From Christensenellaceae bacterium (GTDB lineage: Bacteria > Bacillota > Clostridia > Christensenellales > Borkfalkiaceae), in contig JAZOUX010000015.1 of assembly GCA_045658325.1 (NCBI GenBank), positions 1,194-65,193 on the forward strand: a DNA stretch of 64,000 nt, written 5' to 3'. The notes under the pieces were generated by a model. It was not told the DNA's origin. It searched no databases and was given only the letters and a program-made list of their open reading frames with translations. The position numbers and the translations under genes were made by a program. Below are positions 45,378 through 56,040 of the stretch, piece after piece; position 1 is the first letter of the stretch; each line of letters opens with the position of its first letter.

Positions 45378-46616
45378 TTAGTTTTCGTAAATAGGGAATT
45401 TTTCGCAAAGAGCGATAACTTCTTTAGTAACCCTTTCTTTACTTTCTTCAAAATTAAACGTTACGTCGTAAATAAAGTCGGCAATTTTAAGCATTTCTTC
45501 TTTACCAAAACCCCTTGCAGTAACGGCTGGCGTACCTATTCTTACGCCACTTGTAACGAACGGACTTTCTGGGTCGTTAGGTATTGCGTTTTTATTTAAA
45601 GTAATATGAACTTCGTCTAAACGGCGTTCAAGTTCTTTACCCGTTATACCCGTGCCAATTAAACTTACGAGCATAAGGTGATTATCCGTTCCACCCGAAA
45701 CAAGATTAAAGCCCTTTTCTATAAGTGCTTTTGAAAGCGTTTGAGCGTTATCTAATATTTTTTGTTGATATACTTTAAATTCGTCTTTCAACGCTTCACC
45801 AAGAGCAACTGCTTTTGCAGCAATTACATGCATTAAAGGTCCGCCTTGAGTTCCTGGGAATATTGCTTTATCAATTTGTTTAGCATACTTTTCCTTGCAA
45901 AGAATCATGCCACCTCGTGGACCCCTTAAAGTTTTGTGAGTTGTAGTCGTAACAACGTCGGCATAAGGAACCGGATTTGGGTGAAGACCTGCTGCAACCA
46001 AACCTGCAATGTGCGCCATATCAACCATTAAGTATGCGCCAACCTTATCAGCAATTTCCCTAAACTTTTTAAAGTCGATTACCCTTGGATAAGCACTTGC
46101 GCCTGCTAAAATAAGTTTTGGCTTATGGGTAACGGCTAACTCTTCAATTTGGTTATAATCTAAAACTTGATTTTCACCACATACTTCGTATGAAACGATA
46201 TTAAAATATTTACCACTAATGTTTACTGGTGAGCCGTGAGATAAGTGACCACCGTTTGCAAGCGATAAAGAAAGCACCGTGTCACCCGGATTTAATAAAG
46301 CAAAAAAAGTTGCTAAGTTAGCGTTTGCACCACTGTGTGGTTGAACGTTGGCGTGTTCAGCACCAAACAATTTTTTAGCCCTTTCCCTTGCTATATTTTC
46401 AACTTCGTCAACGTATACGCAACCACCGTAATAACGTTTTGATGGGTAACCTTCAGCGTACTTATTCGTTAAAACGCTACCCGTTGCTAATAAAACTGCT
46501 TCACTAACGATATTTTCAGAAGCAATAAGTTCAATATTTTGTTGTTGACGGTGTAACTCCCTTTCAACTGAAGCGTAAACGTCACTGTCGTATTCGTTTA
46601 ATTTTTTAAAAAACAT
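45378..46616 (-). CDS. glyA: serine hydroxymethyltransferase
   Basis: [17 protein letters not shown]-lysine motif, 412 aa, collinear with GlyA. Confidence 0.9.
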   Translation of the reverse strand: MFFKKLNEYDSDVYASVERELHRQQQNIELIASENIVSEAVLLATGSVLTNKYAEGYPSKRYYGGCVYVDEVENIARERAKKLFGAEHANVQPHSGANANLATFFALLNPGDTVLSLSLANGGHLSHGSPVNISGKYFNIVSYEVCGENQVLDYNQIEELAVTHKPKLILAGASAYPRVIDFKKFREIADKVGAYLMVDMAHIAGLVAAGLHPNPVPYADVVTTTTHKTLRGPRGGMILCKEKYAKQIDKAIFPGTQGGPLMHVIAAKAVALGEALKDEFKVYQQKILDNAQTLSKALIEKGFNLVSGGTDNHLMLVSLIGTGITGKELERRLDEVHITLNKNAIPNDPESPFVTSGVRIGTPAVTARGFGKEEMLKIADFIYDVTFNFEESKERVTKEVIALCEKFPIYEN

Positions 46617-46645
46617 AATTTTCTCTCCATAAAAAATATGTTTTA

Positions 46646-46674
46646 ATTATATAATTTTTTAGAGTTATTGTCAA
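46646..46674 (-). promoter_or_regulatory. consensus sigma-A promoter of glyA
   Basis: On the minus strand: TTGACA (46674-46669), a 17-nt spacer, then TATAAT (46651-46646). Confidence 0.55.
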
Positions 46675-46740
46675 GATTATATATTCTTTTTTAACAAAAA
46701 ACTACTTGCGACGCTTTATCGCAAGTAGCCTTTTTTAAAA

Positions 46741-48993
46741 TTATTTCTTTTTAGGTTTTGGTTGTTTAATTTTGTTAAGTTTGGCGTTCATTTTTAACAA
46801 TTCTTCTTTAGTAAACGAAACGTCTAACATACCAACTAAACTAGTAAGTCTTAAAAGAGTAAAGCCTTCCATCATTTTCATCATACTCTTATTTACCGTA
46901 AAGCCAGCCGCCTTTTTAGTCTTGCCTTTTTTACCGCCCATAAATTTCTTTAATAATCCAAGTAAAATAAGTTTACCCCTAAAGGTTGCCATAATATCGC
47001 TCATTTTACTATTTAAAGATAATCTTCCTTCTGGGGCTGTTACGTCAAACCAGTTAAGAACGACACCCTTTTCAACTAAACGGTATTCTTCATTAAATTC
47101 TTCAACTTTTCTAATAAGGCTTTCGTCTTTTAAGTCGCCACTAACTGCGACGATTTTGCTTTCGCCTTCGTTTTTAACGTCAAAATAGAAGAAATGGTCT
47201 TGGGCTTCCTTAACACCAATGCTTTCGCCGTTTACAAAAAGTTCAACCGTTTTTTGATTTGAATATACGGTAACTTTAGTTACGTCTTCAACCCTATCAA
47301 CGTAGCGTTTTGAACATATATGAACGAAAGGTTCGTCGCTAAGCCAAGCCTTATAAGCGTAGAAACTGTCTTTTTTATACTTTCTATCGAAAGTTACTAA
47401 ACCTTTGTGGTTTTGACCGTTTTCGCCACCTTCAGCCCTAGCGTCTGCGCCAAAGTCGAACATATTCCAAACGTGAGTTGCCCAAAGATATTTTCTTGAG
47501 AATAATTGTTTAATTAATTCTTCGTGGTAATACGCTTGATATTCTTCAGTATAGTCGCCTTGCATTGGATTAGAAGTGTGCCAATTAAGTGCTTCGCAAC
47601 CGTATTCACTGCAACCGATAGGCGTATTAGGGTGCATAGCGTGGAATTCGTCAAACCAAGGTCCGTTCATTGACGTATCTCCACCGTACCAACCAAAATA
47701 GTGATTGTAAGATACCGTGTCTGGAATAGAAAGGTATGCCGTTTCGTCCATACCACACATTGAAACTACTGCCATAGTAGTTAATCTTGTTTTATCCATT
47801 TCGTGACATAAGTCGTTTAAAATATGGTGGTTTTTAATTAAGTCTGGGTCTTTTGCGCCTTGCATTGTAATTTCGTTTGAAAGCCCCCAAACTACGATTG
47901 ACGGGTGGTTATAGTTTTGAACGATAAGTTCTTTCATTTGAGAAATAGTATTTTCTCTACCCGTTGCCATATGTTGTGAAATATAAGGAATTTCAGCCCA
48001 TACTACCATACCCCTTTCGTCACATAAATCGTAAAAATATTGGTCGTGTTGATAGTGCGCTAAACGAATAGTCGTAGCACCTACTTCACAAATTAAATCC
48101 ATATCTTCTTCGTGGTGTTCTTTTTTAAGCGCGTTACCAAAGCCTAGGCGGTCTTGGTGACGAGATACACCGCGTAAAGGATATTCTTCACCATTTAAGA
48201 TAAAGCCGTTATTTGGGTCGATTTTATAACTTCTGCAACCAAAACGACTGTCTACCATATCTAAAACAACGCCGTCTCTTACAAGTGAAATTACGCCTTT
48301 ATAAAGGTAAGGATTTTTACGTCCATGCCATAAAGTAGCATTTTCAATAACTAAATTTTCTTCTAAACCTTCGCTTTCTTTTTCGCAAATTACTTTGCCT
48401 TTAGCATCTAAAATTTGATATTTAATTTTATCGCCTTCTTGAAGGTTTTTAGCGTATGCTTTAAAATTAACGTTAGCGTTTTTACCGTCAACGATTGGCG
48501 TTATTTGAATACCTTTACCACCGTAATATTCTAAATCGAAATGAGTAGAATTTACGCACACGATATTAACGTCTCTATATAAACCACCGTAAAAAGTAAA
48601 GTCAGCCACTTGTGGATAAACCCTATCATTAGCCGAGTTATCTACTGCTATTGCAATTTCGTTTTCATCTTTAAGTTCGCCTGTGATATCTACCCTATAA
48701 GTAGAATAACCACCGTCGTGATGTGCTAAAAGTTTGCCGTTTAAGTAAACGTCGCTTGACGAGTTTGCGCCGTTAATTTCTAAAAAATATTTATCGCTTT
48801 TTTCTAATTCTTTTTTGGCAATATTTTTAACGTATAAACAAGTTCCCCTAAAATAATCGTTGCCACCGTCTTGACCGTCGGTAGCGTTCCAAGAGTGTGG
48901 AAGATTTACGTTTTCAACGTTTTCTTTAACTCCGTCAAAACCTATTCCTTTGTAAAATTGCCAAGAATCGTTAATGTTTATAATTTTTCTCAT
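46741..48993 (-). CDS. glycoside hydrolase family 2, beta-glucuronidase-like
   Basis: NHPSIVVWGLSNE (acid/base Glu), CSEYG (nucleophile Glu), WNMFDF...GQNHKG (N-x-K motif used by GUS enzymes to bind the glucuronate carboxylate). Context includes uxuA, an SDR mannonate oxidoreductase and a GPH transporter. Confidence 0.7.
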   Translation of the reverse strand: MRKIININDSWQFYKGIGFDGVKENVENVNLPHSWNATDGQDGGNDYFRGTCLYVKNIAKKELEKSDKYFLEINGANSSSDVYLNGKLLAHHDGGYSTYRVDITGELKDENEIAIAVDNSANDRVYPQVADFTFYGGLYRDVNIVCVNSTHFDLEYYGGKGIQITPIVDGKNANVNFKAYAKNLQEGDKIKYQILDAKGKVICEKESEGLEENLVIENATLWHGRKNPYLYKGVISLVRDGVVLDMVDSRFGCRSYKIDPNNGFILNGEEYPLRGVSRHQDRLGFGNALKKEHHEEDMDLICEVGATTIRLAHYQHDQYFYDLCDERGMVVWAEIPYISQHMATGRENTISQMKELIVQNYNHPSIVVWGLSNEITMQGAKDPDLIKNHHILNDLCHEMDKTRLTTMAVVSMCGMDETAYLSIPDTVSYNHYFGWYGGDTSMNGPWFDEFHAMHPNTPIGCSEYGCEALNWHTSNPMQGDYTEEYQAYYHEELIKQLFSRKYLWATHVWNMFDFGADARAEGGENGQNHKGLVTFDRKYKKDSFYAYKAWLSDEPFVHICSKRYVDRVEDVTKVTVYSNQKTVELFVNGESIGVKEAQDHFFYFDVKNEGESKIVAVSGDLKDESLIRKVEEFNEEYRLVEKGVVLNWFDVTAPEGRLSLNSKMSDIMATFRGKLILLGLLKKFMGGKKGKTKKAAGFTVNKSMMKMMEGFTLLRLTSLVGMLDVSFTKEELLKMNAKLNKIKQPKPKKK

Positions 48994-49088
48994 AAAACTC
49001 CTATATAATCGCTATTGTAACCTTATCAAACGCCCGTCGTTACGGCGGGCGTTATCATTTTTACTTTAAAACCAACGTTTAGTTAATT

Positions 49089-50603
49089 TTATTCTTGTTG
49101 ACTTTCGTCAGCATCTTCAACTTGACCTTCTACAAAAACAGGTTCAGTTTGAAGTTTGCTACGTTCACTAAGTTCTGCTTGCATTTTTTCAAGCGTCTTT
49201 TTATCAAGGTTGTAAACAAGTGCTAAACCAACGAATTGGAATAACGCTGCAACAAGGAATAATACGGCAACTAAAATTCTAAGGTTGATTGCTACGCTAA
49301 AATCAAGCCAAGCAACGTTAATTGCTGAAGCAACTTGTCCAACTTCATCTGGACGGAAATATTCTCCGTTAATTAAAACGGCGTTATTAACATAGCCAAG
49401 GCTAGTCATAATTACAAGCGCAACTGCAGGACCAATACCTTGAGCAAGTTTTCTAAAGAAAGAGTGAAGTGAGTAAACAGTACCTTCTTCTCTCTTACCC
49501 GTTTTCCATTCATTATAGTCGATAGCGTCACCCATCATAGCCCAAGATACCGTTGAGTAGATACCAAGACCAAGGCTGTAGATAAGTTGACAAATAATAT
49601 ATAAAACAAGGTCTAAACCAGTGTTTGATGGAACGATAATAAATAAACCTGCAGCACCTACGATTGAACAAAGAGCGCCAATAACTGAAAGTTCTTTTTT
49701 ACCGTATTTTGTAACCATTTTACGAGCAAGTGGCGTAAACGCAACAATAGGTATCATTGCAAAAAGTTGTACTACACCCGAAATTTGAGCGTTTTGGAAA
49801 TATCTTTGGAATACGACTGATACAGCCGTAGTAGCACCTTGCATACCGATAAACATACCCATAGCGGCAAGAGTTGCACCAACTGCTGGACGGTTTTTAA
49901 CGAAATTTAACATTGCTTGAAATACGTTAAATTTAGGTTTTTCTTCACTAATACATATTTCTTGCTCTGCACGAATTTCCGTATTCTTTATCATAAATTG
50001 GAAACAGAAGAATCCAAATATACCCATAATTAAAGCGGCAACGAATACCATTGGTCCATTAAGTGATTGGTCTTTGTTATAAATAATGAAAGGAAGAATT
50101 ACCATAGGAACCATATTACCTAACATTGAACCGATTGAACGCCATGCTGAAAGTGATGCTCTATCTGCTGGGTCTTTAGATATAATTGATAAAAGTGAGC
50201 CGTAAGGAACGTTTGCTATCGTATAGAAAGCATCCCAAATTACATAACCTGCTATAAAGATAATGAATTTAGCCCAAAGTGGAGCGCCTGTAAAAGGCAA
50301 GAAACATAATGCACCACCTACGATTAAACCGATAGAACCAAACCAAATATATTGCAAGAATTTATTTCTTTTATATTTGCGTGTATCAGCGTCAATAATA
50401 CTTCCTATGAGTGGGTCGTTGATAGCATCCCATACTTGTACGATGACAAGTAAAAGAGAGTACCAAAGGTCCATACCCATAACTTGAGTCCAGAAAAGAG
50501 CCATAGTGCCTTTTAATGCAAAACTCATGTTACAACCAAGGTCGCCCGCAGCATAAGCGAGACAATCTCGAATACCAAAAGGTCTTACTTTTTTGTTTGT
50601 CAT
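49089..50603 (-). CDS. GPH-family glycoside/hexuronide:cation symporter
   Basis: 504 aa, ~12 TM, DAINDPLIGSIID motif typical of the GPH family. Confidence 0.7.
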   Translation of the reverse strand: MTNKKVRPFGIRDCLAYAAGDLGCNMSFALKGTMALFWTQVMGMDLWYSLLLVIVQVWDAINDPLIGSIIDADTRKYKRNKFLQYIWFGSIGLIVGGALCFLPFTGAPLWAKFIIFIAGYVIWDAFYTIANVPYGSLLSIISKDPADRASLSAWRSIGSMLGNMVPMVILPFIIYNKDQSLNGPMVFVAALIMGIFGFFCFQFMIKNTEIRAEQEICISEEKPKFNVFQAMLNFVKNRPAVGATLAAMGMFIGMQGATTAVSVVFQRYFQNAQISGVVQLFAMIPIVAFTPLARKMVTKYGKKELSVIGALCSIVGAAGLFIIVPSNTGLDLVLYIICQLIYSLGLGIYSTVSWAMMGDAIDYNEWKTGKREEGTVYSLHSFFRKLAQGIGPAVALVIMTSLGYVNNAVLINGEYFRPDEVGQVASAINVAWLDFSVAINLRILVAVLFLVAALFQFVGLALVYNLDKKTLEKMQAELSERSKLQTEPVFVEGQVEDADESQQE

Positions 50604-50666
50604 AATTTCCCCCTTAAAACGATTTGCGTTTTATTTTTAATATTTTTAAATATTTTTATCTTTTGA

Positions 50667-51512
50667 TTAAACCCCAGAATATGCAGCGAAACCTGCATCT
50701 ATTGGAAGAACTACGCCCGTTATTGCCGATGCCGACTTATCGTCGCATAAGAATAACGTTGCGCCTAATAATTCGTCAGCGTCAACGAATCTGTTCATTG
50801 GCGTACCTTTTAAAATCTTTTCACTTCTTGCTGTTGGCGTGCCGTCTGGGTTAAAAAGTAACGCTTTGTTTTGTGCCGAAACTAAAAAGCCCGGTGCTAT
50901 TGCGTTACAACGAATCCCCGTACCAGCAAAGTGAGTTGCAAGCCATTGAGTAAAGTTTGATATACCTGCTTTTGCTGCAGAATACGCTGGAATTTTAGTA
51001 AGTGGCGTGTAGGCGTTCATTGAAGAAATATTTAATATTACGCCCTTTTTCTTTTCAACCATATCTTTTGCAAATACTTGAGTTGGTAAAAGAGTGCCTT
51101 GAAAATTGAGTTTAAATACGAAGTCAACGCCGTTTGGCTCTAAATCAAAAAACGATTTACCACCTTCTTTTGCTTCGTGTTGATATTCGTTATCGGTAGT
51201 TGCCCTAGGATTATTACCACCAGCACCGTTAATTAAAATATCACAACCACCAAAACCGTTTAAAACTTGCTTTCTTACGCTTTCAAGATTTTCAATTTCT
51301 AAAACGTTTGCTTTATAACCGTTGCAAATAAAACCTTCGTTTCTAATTTCTTCAGCAAGTTTTTTAACGGCTTCTTCATTTAAATCAAGTGCTGCAACCT
51401 TTGCGCCACTTTGAGCAAAAGCCCTTGCCATTGCACCACAAATAAGTCCACCTGCACCCGTAACTACTACGACTTTGTCTTTAAAATCAATATTAATTGG
51501 AAGTTTTATCAT
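50667..51512 (-). CDS. SDR-type D-mannonate oxidoreductase-like (YjmF/UxuB-like)
   Basis: TGAGGLICG and YSAAK motifs, with an insertion typical of mannonate-type SDRs. Immediately downstream of uxuA. Confidence 0.6.
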   Translation of the reverse strand: MIKLPINIDFKDKVVVVTGAGGLICGAMARAFAQSGAKVAALDLNEEAVKKLAEEIRNEGFICNGYKANVLEIENLESVRKQVLNGFGGCDILINGAGGNNPRATTDNEYQHEAKEGGKSFFDLEPNGVDFVFKLNFQGTLLPTQVFAKDMVEKKKGVILNISSMNAYTPLTKIPAYSAAKAGISNFTQWLATHFAGTGIRCNAIAPGFLVSAQNKALLFNPDGTPTARSEKILKGTPMNRFVDADELLGATLFLCDDKSASAITGVVLPIDAGFAAYSGV

Positions 51513-51522
51513 TTTATCACCT

Positions 51523-52608
51523 TTAAATTTTTAATTTGTCAAGCATATCCCATACACCCAACATATACATTATACCAAGCGCTCTATCGTAAAGCCCGTA
51601 GCCTGGTCTTACCGTGCCTGGCTTTTCATCCCATAAGTGCCTACCGTGGTCGGGTCTAATATAACCGTCAAAACCACAATCGTGGTATGCTTTTAAAATT
51701 TCTAAAATTCTAGTGTCGCCGTCGCAATCACGGTGGCTTGCTTCACTAAAATCACCGTTAGGATAGTGTTTAACGTTCCTAATATGAGCAAAAGCAATTC
51801 TATCACAATGTTTTCTAACAATAGAAGCAACGTCGTTATCTGGGTTGGCGTTTAAACTGCCCGAACATAAAGTTAAACAGTTGTAAGGATTATCAACCAT
51901 TTTTAAGAACCTATCAATACTTGCTTCGTCTACTAATAACCTAGGTAAACCGAAGATATCCCAAGGTGGGTCGTCCATGTGAATTGCCATTTTTACGTCA
52001 CACTCTTCACAAGTAGGCATAATTGCTTCTAAAAGGTATTTTAAGTTAGCCCATAATACTTCGTGAGTTACGCCTTTATACGCTTTAAACAATTCGTCTA
52101 ATTTTGCCATACGCTCTGGCTCCCAACCTGGAAAACTCATATTGTACTTTTCGGTAAAATCTAATATGTATTTAGCCATTGCGTTGTAATCGTCTTGAAT
52201 CATATTCTTTTGGTAGAAAAGCGCTGTAGAACCGTCGTCTAACTTGTGGAATAAGTCGCTTCTTGTCCAGTCGAATATAGGCATAAAATTATAACAAATT
52301 ACTTTAACGCCAAATTTGCTTAAATTTTTAATGGTTTGTTTGTAATTTTCAATATACTTGTCCCTTGTAGGAAGCCCTATTTTAATATCGTCGTGAACGT
52401 TTACCGATTCAACTACGTCAATTAAAAAACCATATTCGTCTAACTGTTTTTTAACTTCACTAATTTCGTCTTCATACCAAATTTCACCAGGCATTTTGTG
52501 GTGAAGCGCCCATACTATACTTTGAACGCCGGGTATTTGCTTAATGTCGTTAAGAGTTATTCTATCGTTGCCTTCGCCGTACCAACGGAAGCCCATTTTC
52601 ATAGCCAT
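51523..52608 (-). CDS. uxuA: mannonate dehydratase
   Basis: The N-terminus MKMGFRWYG and the overall xylose-isomerase-like TIM pattern match UxuA. Confidence 0.85.
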   Translation of the reverse strand: MAMKMGFRWYGEGNDRITLNDIKQIPGVQSIVWALHHKMPGEIWYEDEISEVKKQLDEYGFLIDVVESVNVHDDIKIGLPTRDKYIENYKQTIKNLSKFGVKVICYNFMPIFDWTRSDLFHKLDDGSTALFYQKNMIQDDYNAMAKYILDFTEKYNMSFPGWEPERMAKLDELFKAYKGVTHEVLWANLKYLLEAIMPTCEECDVKMAIHMDDPPWDIFGLPRLLVDEASIDRFLKMVDNPYNCLTLCSGSLNANPDNDVASIVRKHCDRIAFAHIRNVKHYPNGDFSEASHRDCDGDTRILEILKAYHDCGFDGYIRPDHGRHLWDEKPGTVRPGYGLYDRALGIMYMLGVWDMLDKLKI

Positions 52609-52803
52609 AATGCGTCCCCCCTATCATTTTATTATCTTTAACTTTTAGTTAAAAATATATACGTTTTTACGCTTACGGTATAATTATACCAAATTAAAAA
52701 TGCAAAGTCTATTGTGTTTATTGTTTGACATATTACATTTCTTGCTGTATAATAAAAGCGTTAATTTTAGTTTAAAATTAAATTTTTATGGAGCAATAGC
52801 TTT

Positions 52804-53655
52804 ATGGCATTAACTATACAAAATTTTGATAGCCGTCAAAAAATGAGTCGTAAAGACTTTGAAATCTTTCACTATCGTGAAGCAAAGCCAAAGTCTGTTA
52901 GCATACACCACCACGATTTTTACGAAATTTACTTTTTTTTAGGCGGTAACGTCGAGTATTTCGTCGACGGTGAAAAATTTAAACTTTCAAAAGGCGATTT
53001 GTTGCTTATAAACCCAATGCAGTTACACCAGCCTATAACTAACCCTAGCAACGTTTATGAAAGAATAGTTTTATGGATTGATAGAAATTATTTATCAAAT
53101 TTATCTAAAGACGACGACTTGTCTTACTGCTTTCAAAAAAACGACGGTGAATACGTTAGTTTATTGCATAATAATGCAATAATGCACGGTAGAGTAAACG
53201 AACTTTTTGAATTATTAAATAGAGAATTTCACAGCAAAAATTATGCAAGTAAAGCGTATAGTGAAAGTTTGCTAGTTCAATTATTAATTGAAATAAATAG
53301 GCTTGTTAAAACTAAAAAAGAAAACAAAACTCCACAAAAATCGCAAAACTTAATAACAAGGGTTATTACCTATATAAACGACCATTTTAGCGAAAATATT
53401 TCACTTGACGATTTGTCTAATAAGTTTTTTATTAGCAAGTACCATTTAGCGCACGAGTTTAGCGAAAAAGTTGGCGTGAGCCTTTATAAATACTTGACCA
53501 TAAAGCGTCTTTTAATAGCAAAGGAATTGCTTTTGCAAGGACATAGCGCAAGCAGTGTTGCCGTAGAGTGTGGGTTTCATAACTACACTACTTTTTATAG
53601 AATTTTTAAATCGCATTACGGAACTAATCCTGCAACTTTAAGCGTTAAAAAATAG
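52804..53655 (+). CDS. AraC-family transcriptional regulator (cupin + HTH)
   Basis: N-terminal cupin (HHHDFYEIYFF) and a C-terminal double HTH (GFHNYTTFYRIFK). Divergent from the uxu locus. Confidence 0.8.
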   Translation: MALTIQNFDSRQKMSRKDFEIFHYREAKPKSVSIHHHDFYEIYFFLGGNVEYFVDGEKFKLSKGDLLLINPMQLHQPITNPSNVYERIVLWIDRNYLSNLSKDDDLSYCFQKNDGEYVSLLHNNAIMHGRVNELFELLNREFHSKNYASKAYSESLLVQLLIEINRLVKTKKENKTPQKSQNLITRVITYINDHFSENISLDDLSNKFFISKYHLAHEFSEKVGVSLYKYLTIKRLLIAKELLLQGHSASSVAVECGFHNYTTFYRIFKSHYGTNPATLSVKK

Positions 53656-53729
53656 ATTTACTTACACATATTGACATTGTTCAATACGTTTGTTATAATT
53701 TTATTATAAATTTTTATGGGGATATTTTT

Positions 53730-54230
53730 ATGAGTGATACAGTATTGGCTCGTTTTTTAAGTCCAGTTATGATGCCGGACGCTAACAAAAGAACAATCAA
53801 AGTTGCTGGCAAACATTTTCAATACGTCGATTTAGACGAAAAAACTGCTAAAATGGTTTTAGAACAAGCGTCTTTATATTGTTTAAAAGACTATTATTGT
53901 CATGAACTTGAATATGACGAAGACCCATATCCAAGCAAGTATACTGGCGTAAAAGAATTTGAACTTGCCCGCCTTACAAGCATTTCTTCTATGACTTATT
54001 CTACCGACGCTCCTCAAGGCGATATAGTTGTTGTAGGTGGCGTATTTATGGGCGTTATACTTGCCGTCTCTAGTCAAGGTGGTAACGGCTGGGATAATTA
54101 TAGTTCTAGTGGCTACACTTTCTTTGGCACGGACGGAACGATTTTAGGAAACAAAAAATCGGAATATTCTTATTCTGGCGAAACTTCTTCAAAATACTAC
54201 GAAGACGATTATTCACTTGTTAAAAAATAA
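53730..54230 (+). CDS. hypothetical protein
   Basis: 166 aa with a GGGGA SD. No recognisable motif. Terminator hairpin at ~54237-54265. Confidence 0.45.
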   Translation: MSDTVLARFLSPVMMPDANKRTIKVAGKHFQYVDLDEKTAKMVLEQASLYCLKDYYCHELEYDEDPYPSKYTGVKEFELARLTSISSMTYSTDAPQGDIVVVGGVFMGVILAVSSQGGNGWDNYSSSGYTFFGTDGTILGNKKSEYSYSGETSSKYYEDDYSLVKK

Positions 54231-54523
54231 AATTTTAAGGTAAAAGTTAGTCTTTTACCTTTTTTATTAAATAAAATAAGTTTTAATATAGATTATTTAA
54301 TTTATAAACGAATTTTATATAACTCTCACTTTTCTATTGAAAAAATATTTATTAGTGCTAAAATTAATCACATAAAATAAGATGGTTCAAAAAGAGTAAA
54401 AAATTAACGGTTACTGCAACGGGCGATGTGCTAGAAATACTAAAAATTCTTAACTCGTTAAGCACTACTTGTGATAAATTTAAGTTAGAAAACGGTTATA
54501 TAATTATAAAGTAAGGAGTTTTT

Positions 54524-55873
54524 ATGAAAAATTTTTTAGATAAAGTAAATGAAAAACGTCAATTAATTTTTGACGCTGAAAAATATTTATGGTCTATTCC
54601 CGAACCTGGTTACAAAGAATTTAAGACTAACGATTATATGATTAATCAATTTGAAAAAATAGGCTATAAAATTAATAAGGCTTCAAATATAACCGGGTTT
54701 TCAACTGAAATTGATACGGGCAAGAAAGGACCTACTATTGTAGTTTGTGCCGAACTTGACGCTCTTTACTCAAAAGAACACCCCGCAACAAGTGCTGAAA
54801 CGGGTTGCGCTCACGCTTGTGGGCATCATATTCAACTTGCTAATATTTTAGGTGTTGCATCAATCGTAAAAGAGCCTGAATTTTTAAAAGATTTATGTGG
54901 TAAAATTAAATTTATAATAGTTCCCGCTGAAGAAGGTATTGAAATTAGTTATAGACAACAATTAATTAAGGAAGGGAAAATTTCTTTTTCTTCAGGCAAG
55001 CCCGAATTTATTTCAAGGGGATTTTTCGACGACTCGGATATTTGTTTTATGGTGCACGCTTCAAGTTTAACTAATAACAAATCATACGCTATTAGTGGTG
55101 CTTGTAACGGCGTTATTAGAAAAACGACGGAAATTTACGGCAAGGCATCACACGCCGGTGGTAGTCCACATAAAGGTATTAACGCTTTAAACGTTGCTAC
55201 AATGGCACTTTCGGCTATTAATAACTTAAGAGAAACTTTTTTAGACGACGACCATATAAGAGTGCATTCGATTATAACGCAAGGCGGGGCTTCGGTAAAC
55301 GTAGTTCCTGATAAAATTGTTATTGAAAGTTACGTTCGCGGCGCAGATAGTTTAAAACTAAAAGAAGCAAATGAAAAGGTGAATAGGGCTATCGTTTCAA
55401 GTTGTGCAGTTTTTGGCGCTACTTGTAAAATAAGCGACGTTGCCGGTTCAGAACCTTTAAATAACGATGCTTCTTTAAAGGCTTTAGCGGGCAAAGTTAT
55501 GGAAAGTTTAGTTGGTAAAGACGGCTACGCTTTATACGATAAACACGAAGGCTCGTCAACGGATATGGGCGACGTAAGTCAACTATTCCCTTCTATACAC
55601 GCATATTCTGGTGGTACGGTTGGTGCTCTTCACTCTAAAGAGTTTGCAATAGTTAATTACGATATTGCGCTTATAAACAACGTTAACTTCCAAGTTTCGT
55701 TACTTTACGCTCTTTTAGAAAACCAAGCGCAAGAAGCATATAAAATAATATCTAACTTTAAGCCGTCGTTTGAAAGTATTAAAGAATACGTTGAATATAA
55801 AAAATCTATAAGCCAAGTTTACGACGGCGTTGAATATTTACCTAATGGAAAAATTCAATTAAATTATAAATAA
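54524..55873 (+). CDS. M20-family amidohydrolase/peptidase (AbgB-like)
   Basis: HACGHH metal-binding motif, 449 aa, dimerisation-domain insertion pattern. Confidence 0.6.
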   Translation: MKNFLDKVNEKRQLIFDAEKYLWSIPEPGYKEFKTNDYMINQFEKIGYKINKASNITGFSTEIDTGKKGPTIVVCAELDALYSKEHPATSAETGCAHACGHHIQLANILGVASIVKEPEFLKDLCGKIKFIIVPAEEGIEISYRQQLIKEGKISFSSGKPEFISRGFFDDSDICFMVHASSLTNNKSYAISGACNGVIRKTTEIYGKASHAGGSPHKGINALNVATMALSAINNLRETFLDDDHIRVHSIITQGGASVNVVPDKIVIESYVRGADSLKLKEANEKVNRAIVSSCAVFGATCKISDVAGSEPLNNDASLKALAGKVMESLVGKDGYALYDKHEGSSTDMGDVSQLFPSIHAYSGGTVGALHSKEFAIVNYDIALINNVNFQVSLLYALLENQAQEAYKIISNFKPSFESIKEYVEYKKSISQVYDGVEYLPNGKIQLNYK

Positions 55874-55890
55874 ATATAAAAAATACAAAA

Positions 55891-55916
55891 AAGGGGATAA
55901 GTTAACTTATCCCCTT
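55891..55916. terminator. bidirectional terminator
   Basis: AAGGGGATAAGT-TAAC-TTATCCCCTT palindrome between convergent genes. Confidence 0.65.
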
Positions 55917-55923
55917 AATTTGT

Positions 55924-56040
55924 TTATAAGTCGTCGGCATCTTGTACTGGTTTTTCGTTTTCATCAAAGATGCTTTGCCCCGTATAACTTCCAAACGGGT
56001 CGTACGACGATTTATAACTTGCTTTTTTTCTATTCTTCAT
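55924..56040 (-). CDS. candidate 38-aa small protein
   Basis: MKNRKKASYKSSYDPFGSYTGQSIFDENEKPVQDADDL. Its start overlaps the stop of the upstream mini-ORF (TAATG), and a terminator follows immediately. Below the ORF-track size cutoff. Confidence 0.35.
   Translation of the reverse strand: MKNRKKASYKSSYDPFGSYTGQSIFDENEKPVQDADDL

Noticed and set aside
54266-54523. Possible riboswitch or leader in the 290-nt region upstream of the M20 amidohydrolase
   Set aside because: Some short palindromes are present (CTTAAC-TC-GTTAAG, ATCACA...TGTGAT), but there is no motif I can match to a known riboswitch class and no terminator/antiterminator pair.
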